Source: Chthonomonadaceae bacterium (lineage in GTDB: Bacteria; Armatimonadota; Chthonomonadetes; Chthonomonadales; Chthonomonadaceae). Taken from it: a stretch of 28,058 nucleotides of DNA. The notes under the pieces are model-generated. The model was not told the origin of the DNA. It worked only from the letters and a program-made list of their open reading frames with translations, and searched no databases. The stretch covers positions 62,001 to 90,058 of the forward strand of contig DASRGZ010000215.1 in the NCBI GenBank assembly GCA_035650735.1. Direction: 5' to 3'. Every line of letters starts with the position of its first letter. Positions within the stretch are counted from its first letter, which is position 1. Below are positions 22,541-28,058 of the stretch, one piece after another. The position numbers and the translations under genes are program-made.

Positions 22541-24718
22541 ATGCTGGAAGAAACGACCTCAGCCTCCAACGAGATCACTCTACATGATATACTGGAACTC
22601 CTGCGGCGTAGAAAAGGAACCGTTATACAGACGTTCCTCTCCGTACTGATAGTCTGTTTGGTTGTTACCCTGCTCTCCAAGCCCGTGTACCGCTCCACCG
22701 CTCAGATCCTGGTCGAGGGGAAAGGTATCACCCTGGCTCAGGTCAATACCGAAGATCCTCTGGGTAACCTCTTCCTGCCGCCCACCGGCCATGACGTTGA
22801 CACCCAGATCGCGGTGCTGCAGAGCCGGTCTCTGCTCAACGATGCCTATCAGGCCGCCGGTCTGCAACCGGACGCGGTGCATCTGGATGTCAAACAGGTG
22901 AACACTACCGATGTGATCGAGCTGGCTGTCGAATCGACGAATCCTGATTACGCCAAGCGCTTTGCCACCGTCCTTCCCAATGTGTATCTCAAATATGTCA
23001 CCGGTAACCGCCAGGAGGAGGTGACCAAAGCCCTGGCGTTTGCGAGCGCTCGCCTGGACGCGGAGAACACCAAACTCCTCCGGGCGGAGCTTGCTCTGGC
23101 GCGCTTTAAGAAACGGCGGCACGTATCTAACCTGGATGCCGAGCGAAATGAGCGCATTAGCCGGGCGAGCGAAGCCGAGGCTGAGATGCGCCGGGCAGAA
23201 GCCACCGTAGCCGATCACCAGGCCCAGTTGGATGCCCTGCTCGCGGCGCGCAGAGCCCTGCCCGAATTCCTTGAAACGCCGACCACCTCGAGCAATACAC
23301 AGCAGATCGATCAGCAAAAACAGAAGATCGCCGACCTGCAAGCGGAACGCGCGGCCAAGACCATCCTCTTTAAGCCCAACAATCCCGAGATCCAAAAGCT
23401 CGATGCCCAGATCACCGAGCAGCAGGCCCGCCTGAACCAGATGCCGGCCATGGTCACAACCGTCACGCGCGCTCCCAATCCGGCCGTCGCCACGCTGGAT
23501 AATCAGATCACCCAGGCGCAAGCCGCTCTCACGGGAGCCCAGGCGGTGCTGGTCGAAGCCCGCGCCCGCGCCGCCCACATGACGACCGATCTGGATAAAT
23601 ATAGCGACATCGAGCGCCAACAGGCAGAACTGCAACGCGCCGTCGATCAAGGCCAGAATATGGTCAGCATGCTCTCCAAGAGTGTTGAGGACCTGAACCT
23701 GCGGCAGCAAGCCACGCATCCTCCCGTTCTTACTATCACGCCGGCCGAGCCGCCAGAAAAGATCTATCCCAGACCCCTGAAGAATTTCCTTTTTGCCACG
23801 CTCATCGGCCTGATACTCGGACTGGGCCTTGCTTTTCTCCAGGATTATCTCGAGGACTCGATTAACACGCCCACAGACGCCCGCCGTATTCTCGAGGCGC
23901 CAGCGCTGGGCTACGTGCCTCAGGTCGAAAAGCAAGAGGGATGTCTGCTCATCAATCCGCAGAGCAGTGCCTCCCTGCTGGAAAGCTACCGCATGCTCCG
24001 CTCCAACGTCCGGTTCGCTGCGGTGAATGCCCCCATCCGTTCGATCCTTGTGACCAGCACCAGCCCGGGCGAAGGCAAGTCGGTCACGGCCTCCAATCTG
24101 GCCATTGCCATGGCCCTGGATGGGCGCCGTGTGATCCTGATAGACACGGACTTGCGCCGCCCAACCATCCATCAGAAGTTCAACCTGCCCGCACAGCCTG
24201 GCTTGACGAACGTTCTCGTGGATCACGTGTCCCTGGAGGAGGCACTGTACGAGACCCCGATTCCTGGGCTGCGCGTGCTGACCTCAGGCCCTCTGCCCCC
24301 CAATCCGGCTGAGCTGCTCAGTTCTACCCCCATGAGCCAGCTCCATGCGACTCTGAAGGAGATGGCGGATATCATCATTCTCGATAGCCCGCCGTGCCTG
24401 GCTGCTGCAGACGCTCCGGTGCTTTCTGCCATGACCGATGGGGTGCTCTACGTTATGCAGCTCGGGCTGGCGAAGCGCTCGGCCGTGCGCCACTCCATTG
24501 AATTGCTCGAACAAGCCCACGCCCGGCTCCTCGGGACGGTTTTCAGCAAGATCCAGACGAACGGAAAGCAAAACGGCTATTACTATAGCTATTACAATTA
24601 CTACCAGCATGGAAAATCGGAGGCTCTCTTGCAACAGGCCTCTACCAGACCTAAGCAGGAGGCGGCTACCAATGAGGCCATCGTTCGCACCGACGGAAAC
24701 CTGGATAAGCGGCTGTAG
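22541..24718 (+). CDS. wzc: Polysaccharide co-polymerase / tyrosine autokinase (Wzc/GumC family)
   Basis: Wzz-like N-terminus with TM, coiled coil, second TM, Walker A STSPGEGKS, A' LIDTDLRRP, B ILDSPP, Tyr cluster YYYSYYNYY. Confidence 0.92.
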   Translation: MLEETTSASNEITLHDILELLRRRKGTVIQTFLSVLIVCLVVTLLSKPVYRSTAQILVEGKGITLAQVNTEDPLGNLFLPPTGHDVDTQIAVLQSRSLLNDAYQAAGLQPDAVHLDVKQVNTTDVIELAVESTNPDYAKRFATVLPNVYLKYVTGNRQEEVTKALAFASARLDAENTKLLRAELALARFKKRRHVSNLDAERNERISRASEAEAEMRRAEATVADHQAQLDALLAARRALPEFLETPTTSSNTQQIDQQKQKIADLQAERAAKTILFKPNNPEIQKLDAQITEQQARLNQMPAMVTTVTRAPNPAVATLDNQITQAQAALTGAQAVLVEARARAAHMTTDLDKYSDIERQQAELQRAVDQGQNMVSMLSKSVEDLNLRQQATHPPVLTITPAEPPEKIYPRPLKNFLFATLIGLILGLGLAFLQDYLEDSINTPTDARRILEAPALGYVPQVEKQEGCLLINPQSSASLLESYRMLRSNVRFAAVNAPIRSILVTSTSPGEGKSVTASNLAIAMALDGRRVILIDTDLRRPTIHQKFNLPAQPGLTNVLVDHVSLEEALYETPIPGLRVLTSGPLPPNPAELLSSTPMSQLHATLKEMADIIILDSPPCLAAADAPVLSAMTDGVLYVMQLGLAKRSAVRHSIELLEQAHARLLGTVFSKIQTNGKQNGYYYSYYNYYQHGKSEALLQQASTRPKQEAATNEAIVRTDGNLDKRL

Positions 24719-24962
24719 GCTGGCCTCTGCCGGAACGCAATCGCTATAACCGCCCCTAGGGTAGCCCTGCCCTAAAGCATAGCTGCCTCTCGAAGGCTCC
24801 CTTTCAACCACGGTTAAGAGCGCCTGACAGACTCGTTCCCCCTCTCCCTGCAAGAAAGAGCGTCGGGATGAGGGTAGCGCTTTGCGGCCAGGTTGTGTTT
24901 GGCACGAAGTGCTGCGCTGCCAAGAGTAGCAAAATCAACAAGCTATTGTCGGAGGTGACGAA

Positions 24963-25988
24963 ATGCTTGCGGAACGCCCCCCGGTAGCAGTGATTGGCTG
25001 CGGCTATTGGGGCAAGAACCTGGTTCGCAACTTTCAACAGCTGGGGGCCCTCGCGCTGGTCTGCGATACGACAGCATTCGGGCGGGCTAAGGCGGCAGAG
25101 CTGGCGCCAGAAGCCCGCATTGTCCCTGATGTCAACGCGGCGCTGAGCGCCGATATTGCCGGCGTCGTCATTGCCACGCCAGCAGAGACCCATTATGAGC
25201 TGGCCAGGCAGGCGCTGGAGGCCGGAAAGGATCTCTTCGTCGAGAAGCCGCTCGCGCTCACCTATGAGCAGGGAGTCCGGCTTGTTCGCCTTGCCGAGGA
25301 GCGCAAGCGCATCCTCATGGTGGGCCATGTGCTGGAATACCACCCGGCCATGGTTCGGCTCCTCTCCTTAGTGCGGGAAGGCGTATTGGGAAAGATCCAC
25401 TATATCTACTCTAATCGCCTCAGCCTGGGCAAAGTACGGCGCGAAGAAAATATCCTGTGGAGCTTCGCCCCGCATGATATCGCCATCATTCTGCGCATCA
25501 TGGACAGCATGCCGTTCCAAGTGGCGGCGTGCGGTGGAAGCTATATTCAGCCCAATATCGCCGATGTGACCGTTACCAGCTTGCTGTTTGATAATGGCGT
25601 TCGCGCCCATATCCACGTTTCGTGGCTGCATCCCTTCAAAGAGCAGCGCCTGGTGGTGATCGGTCAGCGCAAGATGGCCAGTTTTGATGATGTCTCCAAA
25701 AAGCTTGTCCTGTACGACCAGCGGGTGGAGGTCCGAGAAGGACAGCCGCTTCCCATCCAGGGGAGCGGGGAAGAGATCCCGTTTGCCCCCGAGGAGCCGC
25801 TGCGCCGGGAATGTGAAGCGTTCTTGCAGGCGATCCAGATGCGCCGACCCCCACTCACCGATGGCGAGAGCGGCCTGCGCGTCCTCCATGTACTGCAGGC
25901 AGCCCAGTGTTCCCTGATCATGAACGGCGAGCCGGTCGCCCTGCGGCTGGATCCCTTCCCTGAAAACGGTCTAGGAGCAGGCAAATGA
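24963..25988 (+). CDS. Gfo/Idh/MocA oxidoreductase, probable UDP-GlcNAcA 3-dehydrogenase (WbpB/WlbA-like role)
   Basis: [35 protein letters not shown] upstream. The specific function is inferred from the neighbouring genes. Confidence 0.85.
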   Translation: MLAERPPVAVIGCGYWGKNLVRNFQQLGALALVCDTTAFGRAKAAELAPEARIVPDVNAALSADIAGVVIATPAETHYELARQALEAGKDLFVEKPLALTYEQGVRLVRLAEERKRILMVGHVLEYHPAMVRLLSLVREGVLGKIHYIYSNRLSLGKVRREENILWSFAPHDIAIILRIMDSMPFQVAACGGSYIQPNIADVTVTSLLFDNGVRAHIHVSWLHPFKEQRLVVIGQRKMASFDDVSKKLVLYDQRVEVREGQPLPIQGSGEEIPFAPEEPLRRECEAFLQAIQMRRPPLTDGESGLRVLHVLQAAQCSLIMNGEPVALRLDPFPENGLGAGK

Positions 25989-26701
25989 GCGAGCAAAATT
26001 ACTACGTCCATCCCAGCGCCTTTATTGATATGCCCTGCGAGATCGGGGAGGGCACCAAGATCTGGCACTTCTGCCATGTGATGCCCAACGTAAAGATCGG
26101 CGCGCGCTGCATTTTAGGGCAGAATGTCTGCGTTGCCAGCGGCGTGGTGATCGGCAATAACGTCAAAATCCAGAACAACGTCTCGGTCTATACGGGGGTG
26201 GAACTGGAAGACGACGTCTTCTGCGGCCCCTCCTGCGTCTTCACCAATATCGTCAATCCGCGCTCGCAGATCGTGCGCCGCCATCTCTACGAGCGCACCC
26301 TGGTGCGGCGTGGGGCCACCATCGGGGCCAATGCGACCATCGTCTGCGGCGCTGCCGTGGGCCGCTATGCCTTCATCGGCGCCGGGGCCGTGGTGCGCGG
26401 CGACGTGCCGGATTACGCCCTCATGCTTGGCGTGCCCGCTGTCCAGAAGGGATGGATGAGCCGCCACGGCCACCGCCTCCGCATGCGCGACGCGGAGGGC
26501 AACCTTGTCTGCCCGGAAAGCGGATGGCGTTATCGGGAAGTCGAGCCCGGCCTGTTGCGCTGCTTAGATTGGCCCGAAGACGAGCCGCTGCCGGCTGCCG
26601 TGCCGCTTTCCACGGAACATATGCCCAGAGAAGCCCTCGTCCACATGCGCGAAACTGCCTCTGAGCTAGAACCGACCGCTGCAGAAACAAGAGGACACTA
26701 A
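25985..26701 (+). CDS. wbpD: Hexapeptide-repeat N-acetyltransferase (WbpD/WlbB-like)
   Basis: [61 protein letters not shown] overlap with the upstream gene. Confidence 0.88.
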   Translation: MSEQNYYVHPSAFIDMPCEIGEGTKIWHFCHVMPNVKIGARCILGQNVCVASGVVIGNNVKIQNNVSVYTGVELEDDVFCGPSCVFTNIVNPRSQIVRRHLYERTLVRRGATIGANATIVCGAAVGRYAFIGAGAVVRGDVPDYALMLGVPAVQKGWMSRHGHRLRMRDAEGNLVCPESGWRYREVEPGLLRCLDWPEDEPLPAAVPLSTEHMPREALVHMRETASELEPTAAETRGH

Positions 26702-27903
26702 TGGACGCGAACCTGCCATCGGCCACACAGGAGGCACGGCCCGTTCCCCTTCTCGACTTGAAGGCGCAATATAGCGTTCTGCGCGAGGAGATACGATCTG
26801 CCATTGACCGGGTGCTCGAATCCCAGCGGTTCATCCTGGGACCGGAGGTGGAGGCCCTGGAGGAGGCCATTGCAGCCTATTCGCAATGCGCGCACGGCAT
26901 CGGCGTCTCCTCGGGAACGGATGCGCTGCTGGTCTCTTTAATGGCCATCGGCATCAAGCCCGGCGACGAGGTCATCGTGCCCGCGCATACGTTCTTTGCG
27001 ACCGCTGGCGGCGTGGCCCGCCTGGGCGCGCGCCCGGTCCTGGTGGACATTGACCCGCGCACCTGCAACATGGACCCGGCGGGGATCGAGGCTGCGATCA
27101 CCGAGCGCACGCGCGCCATTATCCCGGTGCATCTCTACGGCCAGATGGCCGACATGGACCCGATCCTCGAGATCGCCCGGCGCTATAACCTCACTGTGAT
27201 CGAGGACGCGGCCCAGGCTATCGGCGCCGAGTATCATGGGCGGCGCGCTGGCTCCCTGGGCCATCTCGGCTGCTTGAGCTTTTTTCCCTCAAAGAACCTG
27301 GGAGGCTACGGCGATGGCGGCATGGTCGTCACCAACGACCCCGACCTGGCCGACCGCGTCAAGCTGCTGCGCACGCAAGGGTACCGGCCCAAGTACTACA
27401 ACAAGGCCGTCGGCGGCAACTTCCGCCTCGATCCCCTGCAAGCCGTCGTCTTGCAGGTGAAGCTGAAGTATCTGGATGGCTGGACGGAGGCGCGTCAGCG
27501 CAACGCGGCGGCGTACCGCTGCTGGCTCAAAGACGCGGGCGTGGTCATTGAGGATTGGACGGGCGGCTCTCTGGCGGGGCGCAAGGGCATCGTCCTGCCT
27601 TACGACGCAGGCTATGGCCGCCACGTCTATAACCAGTTTGTCATTCGCTGCGGGCAGCGCGACCGGCTGATGGCCTTCCTGAAGGAACGCAAGATCGGCA
27701 GCGAGATCTACTATCCCGTTCCGATGCATCTCCAGGAATGCTTTGCCGATCTGGGTTATTGGCCCGGACAGTTCCCGGCCAGCGAGCTCGCGGCCCGGGA
27801 GACGCTTGGCATCCCCATCTATCCCGAGTTAACCGAGGAGATGGTGGCGACCGTTGTGGACGCCCTAGCGGCATTCTGTCATTTGGAATGGGACAGAGTA
27901 TGA
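26701..27903 (+). CDS. DegT/DnrJ/EryC1/StrS PLP-dependent sugar aminotransferase (WbpE/WlbC-like)
   Basis: [59 protein letters not shown] overlap with the upstream gene. Confidence 0.92.
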   Translation: MDANLPSATQEARPVPLLDLKAQYSVLREEIRSAIDRVLESQRFILGPEVEALEEAIAAYSQCAHGIGVSSGTDALLVSLMAIGIKPGDEVIVPAHTFFATAGGVARLGARPVLVDIDPRTCNMDPAGIEAAITERTRAIIPVHLYGQMADMDPILEIARRYNLTVIEDAAQAIGAEYHGRRAGSLGHLGCLSFFPSKNLGGYGDGGMVVTNDPDLADRVKLLRTQGYRPKYYNKAVGGNFRLDPLQAVVLQVKLKYLDGWTEARQRNAAAYRCWLKDAGVVIEDWTGGSLAGRKGIVLPYDAGYGRHVYNQFVIRCGQRDRLMAFLKERKIGSEIYYPVPMHLQECFADLGYWPGQFPASELAARETLGIPIYPELTEEMVATVVDALAAFCHLEWDRV

Positions 27904-28058
27904 AGATTCTGGCGGTTGTAGGCGCGCGCCCCAACTTTATGAAGGTAGCCCCCATCCTGGCCGCCGCCAACCAACGGCCCCACCTAAACTGCCGCCTGGT
28001 CCATACCGGGCAACACTACGACCAGCGCATGTCCACGCTCTTCTTTACCGAACTCGGA
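27900..28058 (+). CDS. wecB: UDP-N-acetylglucosamine 2-epimerase (non-hydrolysing; WecB/WbpI family), 5' fragment
   Basis: Not in the ORF track. ATGA overlap with the upstream gene; [19 protein letters not shown]...LVHTGQHYD...FFTELG; runs off the window end. Confidence 0.88.
   Translation, partial: MKILAVVGARPNFMKVAPILAAANQRPHLNCRLVHTGQHYDQRMSTLFFTELG

Noticed and set aside
22580..24226. 548-aa antisense ORF
   Set aside because: Shadow of wzc; no independent evidence.
24870..24881. GAGGGTAGCGCT as an ops/JUMPstart element before the sugar genes
   Set aside because: Two mismatches in the 8-nt GGCGGTAG core and no RfaH/NusG paralogue in the window.

Overview
High-GC bacterial chromosomal window. 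The gene content (DUF1559 prepilin/H-X9-DG protein, tandem DUF6785/DUF6784 membrane proteins, Uma2 nuclease) suggests Armatimonadota or a similar lineage; this is inference only. From left to right: the 5' end of a probable Hsp20 gene, a double PRC-barrel protein, DUF6062 with a membrane coiled-coil protein, a DUF3142 (GH18-like) plus TPR gene pair, a gene interrupted by palindromic repeats, lipoprotein msrA and a VOC gene, a LacI regulator divergent from a DUF1559 protein and small lipoprotein, an acyltransferase-3, a small membrane protein, a GH38 glycosidase divergent from two paralogous DUF6785 membrane proteins split by a Uma2 gene, and the start of a polysaccharide locus (wzc, WbpB/D/E-like genes, partial wecB/wbpI). 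Non-coding DNA holds several unrelated small elements: a 103-bp MITE with 16-bp TIRs and a 6-bp target duplication, a REPIN-like inverted repeat, GTAG/GGAG-type REPs, a heptamer tandem array and nonamer inverted arrays. I saw no rRNA, tRNA, CRISPR array or transposase. All family calls come from motif recognition by eye, not database searches. The best candidates for an undescribed system are the DUF3142-TPR pair and a possible LacI/DUF1559/DUF6785/GH38 glycan-use module; both remain hypotheses.
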